In this document: positions 1 through 12,180 of the stretch, piece by piece | Position numbering within the stretch: position 1 is the first letter of the stretch | How the letters are laid out: each line of letters opens with the position of its first letter | Origin: Heterodontus francisci | Taxonomy: Eukaryota | NCBI RefSeq assembly: GCF_036365525.1 | Contig: NC_090404.1 | Location: 12,118,550-12,182,549, forward strand | Length of the DNA: 64,000 bases | Direction of reading: 5' to 3' | Notes under the pieces: model-generated | Seen by the model: only the letters and a program-made list of their open reading frames with translations | Told to the model about the DNA's origin: nothing | Database searches by the model: none | Position numbers and translations under genes: made by a program

Positions 1-856
1 CATGGACAGATAGGCACAACACACACACAAGCACACACAGCCGCATACACACATGCGGTCATTTGAATACACATATCTATGCACATTGGCACAGCCATCA
101 ACATATAAACTAGAACATTAATACAGTCGCACTTGAATATATAAACGAACAAATAAACACACTCATTAACACTCACACGCAAGCACACATGGATACACAC
201 ACACAGAGTAATGCAAAGCAAGAGATACTGATACACACACACAGAAGCAATAAAGCGCACAGACAAAAACACTAGACTATAGACGAAAGCAGAATTCAAA
301 TGCAATATTTGAACAGACAACGTCCCCAACAATTTCCTTGATACATGTTGGACTTTCAATCGCAATAAAGCAATGTTCTCAGTTAGAAACTGCGATCAAT
401 TAATGATTTACTAACCACTCTCATCACAAATAAACAAACAAGATTGGAATTCACATTCGATCTCTTACCCAGCACCATTGACAATCTCCAAACAAGTAGT
501 TATCTGAATCTATCTTCACAATAATTGTTATCGATCAGCAAACCTCCCTCGGTATCTCACCATAATTGCTAAGGATAGAACGAAATTGATCCAAAATAAA
601 AGCGCTTGACACTGAAGGAAAAACTGACATATTTTCCAATATGACCTGGACGAGGATCATAAAGAAAGAACGACTGTGGCGTTACTAACAGAGATTGATT
701 GCTGAATGTGATTAATCTAACAATAGATATAGATTTAAAATTAAATTCGGGAGCAAAATCATGGGTTAAGGAAGAGAAATGCGAATGCAAACTAACAATC
801 TTATATCCTGCTTTAATAAATAATCTAAATATATTTCCTCCTCTACATCACTGTAG

Positions 857-984
857 ATTCCTCAGACCACATCTGGATTGAAGACAATGAGCAAGAGAGC
901 GGCAGCGTCTGGACAACAGCTTCTACATTCATCATCCTGTTCTTCCTGAGCATTTTCTACAGTGCTGCCGTCACTCTGGTGAAG
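857..984 (+). CDS. IGHM: IgM heavy chain transmembrane exon TM1
   Basis: Acceptor ctgtag (851-856), then a phase-1 exon reading (D)SSDHIWIEDNEQESGSVWTTASTFIILFFLSIFYSAAVTLVK, then donor gtgaga. Has an acidic spacer and the conserved antigen-receptor TM motif (TFIILFFLSIFYSAAVT), as in shark mu TM1. Confidence 0.93.
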
Positions 985-1130
985 GTGAGAAGATTCAAAC
1001 CACTCACACTTCAATTTGACTGAAGCTGTTTAGTAAATCTCTAAAACTTTCATCGATTTAAAAAAAAACTCTGAGATGAAATTCCCAGACCACGAAATCT
1101 CTGCTTCATTCTTTTATCCCTCTTTTACAG

Positions 1131-1139
1131 GTCAAGTGA
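1131..1139 (+). CDS. IGHM: IgM heavy chain TM2 exon (VK-stop), giving the KVK cytoplasmic tail
   Basis: Polypyrimidine tract and tacag acceptor, then gtc aag tga. A candidate AATAAA lies at 1542-1547. Confidence 0.9.
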   Translation, partial: VK

Positions 1140-2639
1140 ATGATTGAATTTCGGCCGGCCTGGATTTTCCTCATTTTCTAACATCTCTGTATGACCAAAA
1201 AAAGAGGAAACCTGTAAAAGTAGAATACTTTCAGTTTATGGTTCCGAATCTGCAGCTGAGAAAATCATAAACATTAACTTAGTTGTTTTTTTTGAAATGT
1301 ATGAGATAATCGTGGCAATAATGTAAATGTACCTTCGACATTCATGTGTAAATAAGTAACTATTCCTTACTCATAAGTGTTTCCTCTCTTTTATGTTTTC
1401 TCTCTCTCATATGTTACAGTTTTACAGACAGCTGCAGCTCAGACCGCATGTGTTCTGTTCTCAATGTGATGCACAGTTGTTATATTCACTCTTCCTTTTC
1501 TTTTAAAGTCTTCTCTGTAAAATGTTCCTTTTGAAATTGCTAATAAATATTGAACAACAACAAACTTGGACTTTGCTGAATCCTTTACCCCAAGGCCACC
1601 CACACCGCTCTATATTCCCTGTTCCACGTTTTTCCCCTTTCCTGACATCTATTTTGCACCAGTCCGTCTGGTTGCGTTTAAACCCACGGCTCTTCGGTGA
1701 AAGAGCCGCTGCGCCATCCAGAGCCCCATCAGAGTAAAGACACCTTTCCCTCTGCCTCATTGTGACAACCACCAGAGGCAGAAAGACCGCACAGCGACCA
1801 GGAGCACCTCGCTGACTTCCACTATCTTATGTTCTGTCAGAGTCACCTGCCAGGTTATATTAAAGAGCAGCATTCTGCTCTATCACAGATTGATACAGTA
1901 TGGCATAACAAAGAATGCGGTCCCAACAAACTTTTCCAGGACAGGCATGGAAAAGGTTAGATGTCGGAGTAATCTCACTCTGCACTGTCCCATCAAACAC
2001 TCCCAGGACAAGTACAGCACCAGTTAGACACAGAGTAAAGCTCTTTCTACACTGTTTCGCAGGACAGGTATGGTACAGGTTAGATTTATTACACAGACAC
2101 GTGAGGAAGAACAAACCCTGGGCCTGATTCCTCGAGACTGGTGCATATCTGACATAATAAATCATCGAGTACAAATACCGAGCATTATCCCAAGAAACTG
2201 GGGTCCATCTGACAAGCAGGAAGCACAAACCCTAAGAATGATTCCCACAGCTTGGGGCTTAGCTAAAGCAAAGGAGAAGACATGCCTTGGAAATAATGTC
2301 CAATGCCTGAACGGTATGTGATAAACAAGGCAGCACTATTCCTGGGATGAATCCCAAAGCCTGGGGCCGATCAGACAAAGGAGAGGCAATAAATTGTGGG
2401 AATGATTCCTGGAGTCTGACGCCTATCTGATACAGAGACTCTATCTTTGTATTTTCTGTTATACACACAACCCATTCTCTCTCCACATGTTCTGTCTCAC
2501 ACACACATACTCCACCTTTCTGTTATGCACAGGCCGAATCTCTGCCTCCACCTTTTCTGCTTTACCCATTACCCGTGCTCCTTGCCACATGTTTCCATGA
2601 TGTCTTTCCTCTCTCTCTCTGCTCCTTCCCTCTGATGCC

Positions 2640-2870
2640 ATCTGTTTGAACTCACTGAAGATCACTCCAGGTATCCTCTCTCCCTGCTTAATTCCCTCTA
2701 TTACCATCTCACTGAAATCATTGAACATCACCCCAGGTATCTTCTCTCCCTGTTCCAATCCCTCTGTCCCATCTCCCTGAGCTAACTGAACATCACTCCA
2801 GGAATCCTCTCTCCCTGCTCCATTCTCTTTGATACCATCCCTCTGAACTCACTGATCGTTACCCAGGGAT
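2640..2870 (+). repeat. Degenerate tandem repeat, about 65-70 bp unit, about 4 copies
   Basis: Recurring ctcactgaa.atcactccaggtatcctctctccctg motif. Confidence 0.6.
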
Positions 2871-2879
2871 CCGCATTCT

Positions 2880-4175
2880 ATCTCCCTTTAAAAGAAGTGG
2901 CTGTCGAGATAGTGGATGCATTGGTTGTAATCTGCCAAAATACCCTAGTTTCTGGAAAGCTCCTGGCTGATTGGAAACCCGTAAAATGTGGTGTGACAGA
3001 CAGCAGGAAGCCATAGACCTTTTGGCCTAACAGCTGTCACAACTATTTAGACAGAATCTCAAGACCTTGAAGAGAGTGCAGAGGAAGTACACCAGAATAG
3101 TAGCAGGAGTATGGCATCAAGGAGCACGAGCAAAACTGGAGTCAATGGGAATCAGGGGAAAACTCTCCGCTGGTTGGAGTCATATCTAGCACAAAGGTGG
3201 ATGGTTGTACTTGTTGGAGGTGAATCATCTCACCCCCAAGACATCACTGCAGGAGTTCCTCAGGGTAGAGTCCTAGACCCAACCATCTTCAGCTTCAATT
3301 TCAGCAATATTCATTTTCATCTTCCCTCCATCATAAGGTCAGAAGGGGAATGTTTGCTGATGATTGCACAATGCCCAGCACTCTTCCACCTCGAAGGAGA
3401 AGCGCAGCAGATGCATGGGAACACCACCAACTTCAAGGACCCCTCCAAGCCACACACCATCCTGACCTGGGACTATATCGTCGTTCCTTTGCTGTCGCTG
3501 GGTCAAAATTCAAGATCCCTTCCTAATAGCACCGTGGGTGCACCTACACCCCAAGGACTGCAATGGTTCAAGAAGGCAGCTCACCACCACCTTCTCAAGG
3601 GCAATTAGCGATGGCAATAAATGCTGACCTCGCCAGCGATGCCCACATCCCGTGAAGGAATGAATAAAGTGATAAACTTGTATGTGGGGAAACGAGAAAA
3701 ACTGGGATTGCTCTCCCCATATCAGTATAGAGTAGATTGCATGTAACTGGTGTAACCCAGGACTCCGATTTAAAAGAATTGCTTAAAAAAGGACAAGGAA
3801 AAATAAGTTTTATTTAATACATGGAGATTTGTTAAGATTTAGAATGCATTGCTTGGAAGGTTGGTGGAAGCATTTTGGAATAGTAACTTTCGAAAGAGAA
3901 TTGTTCCTTTACTTGAAAATGAAAACAATGCAGCGTAGTGTGAAAATTGTAAATGGTGAGGGATGATTTAGAGAGATCTTTCAAAGAGGCATAGGGACGC
4001 TGGACCAAAATCTTGGAACTCCCTTCCTAACAGCACTTTGGGTGTTTCTACCCCACAAGACTGCGGCAGTTCAAGAAGGCAACTCATCACCACTTTCTTA
4101 AGGCCAATTAGGGATCGACAATAAATGCTAGCCTGGACAGCGACACCCAAATCCCATGAAGGAATTACAAAAAAA
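2880..4175 (+). mobile_element. Nested LINE fragments (CR1/L2-clade RT pieces and 3' ends)
   Basis: GVPQG.VL.P motif in ORF 3111-3608. The 3' tail gcagctcaccaccaccttctcaagggcaattag...aataaatgct occurs twice. Confidence 0.75.
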
Positions 4176-4499
4176 AATGATATTCAGCTGCGAGGTCTCC
4201 TCAAGTTGAATATCACATCAGGTTAAGGGAAGGAAGAATTAACGGCCCTTCTGGAGGGCTCGGAGTGATATTTGGGAATGGGTGGTGTTGATGCTTGAAC
4301 TCTTTCGCTGCCCCAATATCTCTCTCCCCTCATTCCCCACCACTATCATTTGGAGCTGTCCTGTCCTCTGTGCTACATTTATCGTGAATTGCCCTCGCTG
4401 ACTCTCTCTGTCCCTTTGTCCTTTCCCCGGACTGCGTAAGACTTATTGGTGCACGGCAGCTTTAAGATGCTAGACAGACCTGCCTTGGGTCACAGCCAT

Positions 4500-4760
4500 G
4501 AATCAGGGATCACAGGGGCTGATCGGAGGGTGGAGACGGCCGTGGCCCCCTGACTCGAAATCAATGGGGGAAACAGCCAATCACAGTGCGACGACACGGT
4601 GAAACCCATTTCTGTCATCCACAGCTCGGCTAACCGGCGTCTGCCGTGGTTTTGAGACGTACGCTCCGCCATCTTTGCATGACGTACACTACGATAGCTT
4701 TCTGTGGCGTCCGGTCGGACATGCGTCAGTGACGTCACATATTGTTTGCCGTTTATTTAG
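4500..4760. promoter_or_regulatory. CpG-rich putative regulatory element
   Basis: CpG-dense in a CpG-poor background. Contains CCAAT near 4577, YY1-like CCGCCATCT near 4666 and a palindromic CRE GTGACGTCAC at 4729-4738. Confidence 0.35.
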
Positions 4761-4874
4761 AAGAACAACTCTTTTGAAAGGAAAACCGACTTCAGTTTCC
4801 ATCAAAATTGCTGTTCCATCTTCGTCTGTAAATGTGAAGGTTTCGTCCGCACCAGGACAGCTTTGAGGAGGGAT

Positions 4875-5370
4875 GATATGCTAAATGAATCATCAAATGA
4901 GGGTGAAGTAAAAATGGAAATTAGAAAAGCAAAGCGAGGACATGAAAAAATATTGGCGGGGAAATCAAGGAAAACTTGAAGACGTTTTATCAGTACATTA
5001 TTAGCAAGAGGATAACTAAGGAAAGGGTCGGGCCAATCAGAGATGTACAAGGGAACATACGCTTAGATGCAGAAGATGTGGGCAAGGTTCTGAATGAGCT
5101 TTTTGTCTCTGTCTTTATAAAGGAGAGGGTTGATGCAGATATTGTAGTTAAAGAGGAGGATTGTGAAATATTAGATACGATAAGCATAATGAGAGAGGAA
5201 GTACTGGAGGGTCTGGTATCCCTGAAAGCGGATAAATCGCCAGGGTCTGATGGATTTCATCCCAGGTTGTTAAAGGAAGCTAGGGAGGAAATAACAGATG
5301 GGCTGAGGATCATCTTCAAATCCTCACCAGATACAGGAGAGGTACCAGACTATTGGAGGCATGCACAATG
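4875..5370 (+). mobile_element. CR1 LINE ORF2 fragment
   Basis: ORF 4976-5416 contains DKSPGSDGFHPRLLKE...VPDYWR, a CR1 pre-RT motif. Confidence 0.85.
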
Positions 5371-5454
5371 GCGGACCTGGTGCAGAAACGCGATGAGGTC
5401 AGCACTACATGATTAAGTCATCCTGCGCATGTGCCACTTAGTCCTGGCAAGATG

Positions 5455-6404
5455 TAGCTGACCTCATCTCCTCTGGAGATCTTCCCACTACAGCTTGCAA
5501 CCCCATACTCCAACAACCCCGGATAGCCCGCTTCTACCTCCTTCCCAAAATCCACAAACAGGACTGTCCCGGCAGACCCATTGTGTCAGCCTGCTCCTGC
5601 CCCACTGAACTTATTTCTTCCAATCTTGACTCTATCTTTTCTCCGGTGTTCCAGTCTCTTCCCACCTACATCCGTGGCTCTTCTGATGCCCTACGTCATT
5701 TTGACAATTTTCAGTAACCTGGCCCCAACCGCCTCCACTTCACGATGGAGGTCCAATCGCTCTACACCTCCATCCCCCACCAGGACGGTTTGAGGGCTCT
5801 CTGCTTCTTCCTTGAACAGAGGCCCAACCAGTCCCCATCCACCACCACCCTCCTCTGCCTGGCTGAACTTGTTCTCACATTGAACAACTCCTCCATCAAC
5901 TCCACTCACTTCCTTCAAGTAAAAGGTGTTGCAATGGGTCCCCGCATGAATCTTAGTTATGCCTGTCTTTTTGTGGGATATGTCGACCATTCATTGTTTC
6001 AGTCCGACTCAGGCCCCCTCCCCCAACTCTTTTTCCAGTACATTGATGACTGTATGTTTGTACCTGCGGCTGTTCAATTTTCAGTCCATTAACAGCTTAT
6101 CTGTACGAATGCTTTGTCTTTCAACACACCATTAACATATTGTTTGCCTTTGCTCCATGACCTTCTGGTCAGCTATTCTGTGACCTTGTCCTATTTATAC
6201 CTTCCCCTTTGTTATCTCTTGCCCCACCCCGGTTTACTTTCTTCTCACCTTATACATTTCTAATATTTGCGAGTTCTGAAGAAGGTCCCTGACCTGAAAC
6301 TTTAACTCTGCTTCTCTCTCCACAGATGCTGCCAGACCTGCTGAGTATCTCCAGCATTTCTTGTTTTTATTTCAGATTTCCAGCATCCGCAGTATTTTGC
6401 TTTT
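5455..6404 (+). mobile_element. Penelope-like retroelement fragment (RT and 3' end)
   Basis: FYLLPKIHK, M.VQSLYTSIPH, GVAMG and YIDD motifs, followed by the PLE 3' end with a hammerhead motif at 6272-6307. Confidence 0.85.
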
Positions 6405-6837
6405 CAAACTAATTCATGACAACGCTACTTCATCGAGAACGTCATCAGGACGCGCCGCAGTGCGCACATGCGCAGACGGTCTCATGCCCCCTGCGCATGC
6501 GCTGCGGTCCGACTTACCAGGACCGGTTTGCGCATGCGCAGAGGACGCGGTACGCGCATGCGTGCACATTCTCTTTATCTCTGCGCATGCGCTGCGTTCC
6601 GACCTGCCGGGTTGGTTGTGCGCATGCGCAGATGACGTCATCGCGTTATTTCGTCTTCCTCGCCGACGCGCCAGTTTGGCCTCTGCGCATGCGTCAAATC
6701 TTCGGCGCGACTTTTTGAAAGTGGAAGGAGGGGAGGTTTCGTCGGGCATCTTATCTGAATTATTTGTTCGTTTTGGAGACTTGCTTCATTTTTATTTGAC
6801 ACAGGAGATTGTTCCAAGGTAAGTTGCTCTGCCTTTG

Positions 6838-7060
6838 TAAGTTGCTCTGAAAACATTTCCATTGTCTGGGCCACCGCATGTTCTCCAGTCCCTGTTGTGA
6901 GTTGCTCTGAAAACATTTCCATTGTCTGGGCCACCGCATGTTCTCCAGTCCCTGTTGCGAGTTGCTCTGAAAACATTTCCATTGTCTGGGCCACCGCATG
7001 TTCTCCAGTCCCTGTTGTGAGTTGCTCTGAAAACATTTCCATTGTCTGGGCCACCGCATG
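6838..7060 (+). repeat. 60-bp minisatellite, about 3.7 near-identical copies
   Basis: gttgctctgaaaacatttccattgtctgggccaccgcatgttctccagtccctgttgtga starts at 6841, 6901, 6961 and 7021. Confidence 0.95.
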
Positions 7061-7078
7061 TAGCAGGATGAAGGCGGA

Positions 7079-8092
7079 GTGACTGTGATTTCTGGCGCCA
7101 AACAGTACACACTGCAGATACATGATGGCCAGGCTACCTGCAGCTGCATCTTCTCCATTCAGACTTTGTTGCCCTGCAAACATGCTGTTGTTGTGCAGAG
7201 GCATCTGGGTCTGCGTTTGGACAGGCTTGCCCCCAATTGTCGCTGGCGTGCATCTCAGACACCAACGACGACAGGCATGGCTGCTGCCATTGTGATTACA
7301 GAGGAACAGCCAAGGCCCCTCAGCCACAATGAAAAATACCGCTTGCTTTCAGATCAATTGTACCAGTTACAACAGGCCATTCTGCAGAGTGGAACGGCAG
7401 CATTCATGAGGAGACTGGACTGGCTGCGGCAACAGACTCTCCGCTGGCAGCAAGGACTGGCTGATGAGATGGAGCCATTTACTATGCCCAACAATTGCCC
7501 GGAAGCACCTTCGGATGGAGGTGGCCGCGCGCTGGACATCAGTCACATGTCACAAACCCTGGATCCTGAGCGTCTCACCCCCTGGCCTAATGATCTGATG
7601 GACCATACATATGCCTACCTGTTCAAATCTCCACTTCCCCTACCTGCGGTACCCTCTCCTTGCTGCTCAGTTACACAGTCACCTGCTCCTACACCCATCA
7701 GGGCAGTGCACATGGACACACAGTTACCGGCTCCTACACCCGACAGGGCAGTGCACATGGACACACAATTACCTGCTCCTACACCCATCAGGGCAGTGCT
7801 CATGAGCACACAGTTACCTGCTCCTACACCCATCAGGGCAGTGCTCATGGACACACAGCCACCTGTTACCCCATCCGACGTTGAAACAACAATGCAGAGC
7901 CTTGTGAGACTCCGCAATTGCCAGTTGCTGCCTGTCAAGCCGAGAGGGCGTCCAAAGGGGTCAAGCACTTGGGGAACATTCAGCAAGAAGAGACTGAGCA
8001 CTAAAAGAAACAAGCATGCCGTGTCCAGTGGTAGCAGAAATGTGAATGCTCTTGCTGTGAACACAACTGGTGATAGTAGTAGGCAGGATTAA
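7079..8092 (+). CDS. SWIM zinc finger/AT-hook transposon protein, C-terminal part
   Basis: YTLQIHDGQATCSCIFSIQTLLPCKHAV; four 15-aa LPAPTPIRAVHMDTQ repeats; KPRGRPKG; basic NLS-like KKRLSTKRNK. Confidence 0.6.
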   Translation: MTVISGAKQYTLQIHDGQATCSCIFSIQTLLPCKHAVVVQRHLGLRLDRLAPNCRWRASQTPTTTGMAAAIVITEEQPRPLSHNEKYRLLSDQLYQLQQAILQSGTAAFMRRLDWLRQQTLRWQQGLADEMEPFTMPNNCPEAPSDGGGRALDISHMSQTLDPERLTPWPNDLMDHTYAYLFKSPLPLPAVPSPCCSVTQSPAPTPIRAVHMDTQLPAPTPDRAVHMDTQLPAPTPIRAVLMSTQLPAPTPIRAVLMDTQPPVTPSDVETTMQSLVRLRNCQLLPVKPRGRPKGSSTWGTFSKKRLSTKRNKHAVSSGSRNVNALAVNTTGDSSRQD

Positions 8093-9504
8093 ATGAGAAT
8101 GGATGGAAAGACGCACGAGTAACATCACCACTGGCAGGGAACTGCTGGGCTAAATGGCCAGCTTTATGCTCATAGCCCAAAAGAAATGTGCTTCTTTTCC
8201 AGCACCCTCACATCATTCATGTTTTCCCTGAGAGCAGCATTGAACCATCACGAGATAGGGGCAGTAACATCATCCTGCCTCCTACAGCTGAGGTGGGTAC
8301 TAAGTGATCCATTGGCGGTGTTATCAGTACATGCCTTTACCACAGAACACAAAGCATTCTCAACAGTAATTTCATTGGAGGGAGGGAAGCTCTGACACTG
8401 ATGTTCTTTCCTTATTTTCTTTCATGTAAAACGTGCCCTTGAGAAAACAATCCTTGACACTTAAGGACGGCATTCAAGCAAAGGAGGCAGTGCGGGAGAG
8501 GACGCAAGGATGTGCTGATTCCTGCATCTGAGGTGGGTAATAAGTGCTTCATTGGCGACGTTATCAATTGGTGCCTTCACTGCAGAACTTAAAAAGGTGT
8601 GCACAACAGTAATTTCAGTGGATGGAGGGAGGCAAGCTCTGACTCTGATTTGCTTTATTTCTTTTCATGTAAAACATGCCATCGAGAAAACAATCCTTGA
8701 GACTTAAGGTCAGCATTCAAGCAACGAAGGCAACTAGATCATGCTGCGGAGCTCATCACGATGTGGAAAGGAACATTGCATTTATGGATGAATTGGGAAT
8801 GCACATTGGGATGCGCTTGGGGAACATTCACCAAGAATAGACTGAGCTCAGACTCTTGTGACTTTGCCTTCTTCACATGGACAATACAGTAGTGGAATAG
8901 AGAGCCAAGCTTTTATTCACCACAAGGCTCTCCAGGAACAATCTCTTTAGCTGTGCATAGCAGAGACTCGGCCTGTCTGTCTAACGGGAATGCTGGACAC
9001 AACACTCATGTATCCATGCACAGCAGTTCCTCGGATACTTAATGAACTTAATAAAACTTTTCAATAATTAAACCCAGAATTGTTGAGGTTTTGTTTTGCA
9101 TGCTATTTCCCCGACTTTGAAACTGCACTTCAGATATTCAACTATGGTGGGGGGGGGGGGGGATAGAGGGAGGGGTGTTTGAAGAGGGGGAGGGGTGGGG
9201 AGTGCGGGGAGGGGTGGGGAGAGGGAGCATGCAAAATGCAGGGACCAAACATTTGCAATGCCTGAAGTACTGAGGAGAAGTAGAGAAAGCAACTGGGTAG
9301 GGGAGAAAGCAACTGGATTGGGCATCCGCAGCTGGAGGGAACGGCTGAATGGAGAGGGCCGGAAGCGAGAGGCCGCAGAGAGCCGCGGGGAGCGAGCGTG
9401 CGAAGACCTTGGTGTCACTGGGTCCAGGGACTGGCCAGTAAGTCTTTTGCTGTTGTGTTTATGGCGCATGCACAGAAAAAGGCACTCCTCTTCCATTCCG
9501 CTGC

Positions 9505-9995
9505 TCCCCCCCCACTCTCTCCCCTTCCTCCCTCTCCCCCCCAGCTCTCCCCCTCCCCCCTTCCTTACCCCTCCCTCTCCCTATTTCACCCCCTCCCCCT
9601 TTCTCTCCCTCTTTCTCCCCCTCTCCCTCTTTCTCCCCTCTCCCTCTTTCTCCCCTCTCCCTCTTTCTCCCCCCCACCCTCTCTCTCCCCTCCCTCTCCC
9701 TCTTTCTCCCCCCCTCCCTCTCCCTCTTTCTCCCCCCTCCTTCTCCCTCTTTCTCCCCCTCCCCCCTTCCTGACCTCTCCCTCTTTCTCCCCCTCTCCCC
9801 TCCCTCTTTCTCCCCCTCTCCCCTCCCTCTTTCTCCCCCTCTCCCCTCCCTCTTTCTCCCCCTCCCCCCTTCCTTACCTCTCCCTCTTTCTCCCCCTCCC
9901 TCTTTCTCTCCCTCTTTCTCCTCCCCTCCCTCTTTCTCCCCCCCTCCCTCTCCCTCTTTCTCCCCCCCTCCCTCTCCCTCTTTCTCCCCCCCTGC
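9505..9995 (+). repeat. Polypyrimidine (CT-rich) low-complexity tract
   Basis: About 490 bp of ctccctctttctcccc-like units. Confidence 0.95.
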
Positions 9996-10371
9996 CCTGC
10001 ACCGCTACCGCCGGTCTCCCCGCGCTGCTCTCCCCGGCCCCCGCGCTGCTCTCGCCGGCCCGCTCCACTCTCTCACTCCGGCCATTGATTTCTGCCACGT
10101 GTTTGTTAGGTTTCATCTCTGTGATTTTTTGAGCAGCGCCATCTTTAGTCCTGGCAGCAGCAACAGTCGCAGGCTGTGACGTTTCCGTGGCACATGCTGT
10201 ATCTGCGCATGTGCCAAAACAGCGCCACGACTGATCGCGTTGTCAACAATTGCGGTCTTTGCTTTCATGAAGATGGAGTTGCGCTTGGGCGTAGGTAGGC
10301 ACACTCCGATGACGTCAGCGGGCCGGTGCGTTGTCAGGAATCACTTTGTTAGTGAAACTGCCAAGATTACC

Positions 10372-12180
10372 TCAGCAGGTCTGGCAGCATGTGTGGAAAG
10401 AGAAGCAGAGTTAACGTTTCGGGTCAGTGACCCTTCTTCGGAACTGACAAATATTAGAAAAGTCTCAGATTATAAACAAGTGAGGTGGGGGTTGGGCAAG
10501 AGATAACAAAGGAGAAGGTGCAGATTGGACCAGGCCATATAGCTGACCAAAAGGTCAAGGAGAAAAGGCAAACAATATGTTAATGGTGTGTTGAAAGACA
10601 AAGCATTAGTACAGATTAGGTGTGAATATACTGAATATTGAACAGCAGCAAGTGCAATCCTGAAGAAAAACAACCTGAAAAAAACAGTGGGTAAGCAATC
10701 TCTGACACCTCCCTTCCCTTCCTCGACTTCTCTGTCTCCATCTCTGGGGATAGGTTGTCTACAAATATCCATTATAAGCCCACTGGCTCCCACAGCTACC
10801 TCGACTACACTTCTTCACACCCTACCTCCTGTCAGGACTCCATTCCATTCTCCCAGTTTCTCCATCTCCGACGCATCTGCTCTGATGATGCTACCTTCCA
10901 TGACGGTACTTCTGATATGACCTCCTTTTTCCTCAACCGAGGATTTCCCCCCACTGTGGTTGACAGGGCCCTCAACCGTGTCTGACCCATTCCCCGCACC
11001 TCTACCCTCACCCCTTCCCCTCCCTCCCAGAACCGTGACAAGGTTCCCCTTGTCCTCACTTTTCATCCCACCAGCCTCCATATCCAAAGGATCATCCTCC
11101 GCCATTTCCGCCACCTCCAGCGTGATGCCACTACCAGTCGCATCTTCCCCTCCCTTCCCCTGTCAGCATTCCGAAGGGATCGTTCCCTCCGCGACACCCT
11201 GGTCCACTCCTCCATTACCCCCACCACCTCGTCCCCGTCCCAGGGCACCTTCCCTTGCAATCGCAGGAGGTGTAATACCTGCCCATTTACTTCTTCTCTC
11301 CTCACTATCCCAGGCCCCAAACACTCCTTTCAGGTGAAGCAGCGATTTACTTGTCCTTCTTTCAATGTAGTATACTGTATTCGCTGCTCACAGTGTGGTC
11401 TCCTCTACATTGGGGAGACCAAGCGCAGACTGGGTGACCGCTTTGCGGAACATCTCCGCTCAGTCCGCAAGCAGGACCCTGAGCTTCCGGTTGCTTGCCA
11501 TTTCAACACTCCCCCCTGCTCTCATGCTCACATCTCTGTCCTGGGATTGCTGCAGTGTTCCAGTGAACATCAACGCAAGCTCGAGGAACAGCATCTCATC
11601 TACCGATTAGGCACACTGCAGCCTGCCGGACTGAACATTGAGTTCAATAATTTCAGAGCATGACAGACCCCCACTTTACTTTCATTTTAAGTCATTTTTA
11701 GTTATTTTTTCTTCCTTTTTTTTTTACATTCCTTTTAAAATTTTTGCAATCTTTTTTTGCATTTATTTCATTTCATCTTAGTTTGCTCAGTTTGCTTACC
11801 CACTGTTTTTTTCAGGTTGTTTTTCTTCAGGTTTGCACTTGCTGCTGTTCAATATTCAGTATATTCACACCTAATCTGTACTAATGCTTTGTCTTTCAAC
11901 ACACCATGAACATATTGTTTGCCTTTTCTCCGTGACCTTTTAGTCAGCTATGTGGCCTGGTCCAATCTGCACCTTCTCCTTTGTTATCTCTTGCCCAACC
12001 CCCACCTCACTTGTTTATAATCTGTGACTTTTCTAATATTTGTCAGTTCCGAAGAAGGGTCACTGACCCGAAACGTTAACTCTGCTTCTCTTTCCACAGA
12101 TGCTGCCAGACCTGCTGAGTGAATCCAGCATTTCTTGTTTTTGTTTCAGATTTCCAACATCCGCAGTATTTTGCTTTTAT
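10372..12180 (+). mobile_element. Penelope-like element (RT C-terminus and GIY-YIG endonuclease) with an inverted pseudo-LTR
   Basis: SIPFSQFL.LRRICS and NVVYCIRCSQCGLLYIGETKRRLGDRFAEH...GLN (GIY-YIG, ORF 11334-11663). 10372-10698 is the reverse complement of about 11792-12118. Confidence 0.92.
12045..12081 (+). ncRNA. Minimal hammerhead ribozyme motif in the PLE terminus
   Basis: AGTT-CCGAAGA-A-GGGTC(ACT)GACCC-GAAA-CGTT-AACT: stem I AGTT/AACT, a stem II hairpin, a palindromic stem III and a U4-to-C core variant. Mirror copy on the minus strand at 10409-10445. Confidence 0.6.

Larger units (their letters stand above)
6405..10369 (+). mobile_element. DNA transposon relic with SWIM zinc finger and AT-hook (Mutator/MULE-like)
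   Basis: Imperfect inverted ends: 6405 caaactaattcatgacaacgc...acgtcatcagga versus the reverse complement of 10305-10348, caaagtgattcctgacaacgc...acgtcatcgga. ORF 7079-8092 carries CSC-x9-CKH (SWIM) and KPRGRPKG (AT-hook). The superfamily is inferred. Confidence 0.65.

Noticed and set aside
4582-4620. Perfect heptamer CACAGTG as a cryptic RSS
   Set aside because: No acceptable nonamer at 12 or 23 bp and no adjacent V, D or J coding sequence.
6838-7060. Regularly spaced repeats resembling a CRISPR array (also 37251-37678)
   Set aside because: They are head-to-tail tandem units with no unique spacers, in eukaryotic DNA with no cas genes.
9195-10132. Pro/Ser/Leu-rich ORFs
   Set aside because: They come from the CT low-complexity tract.
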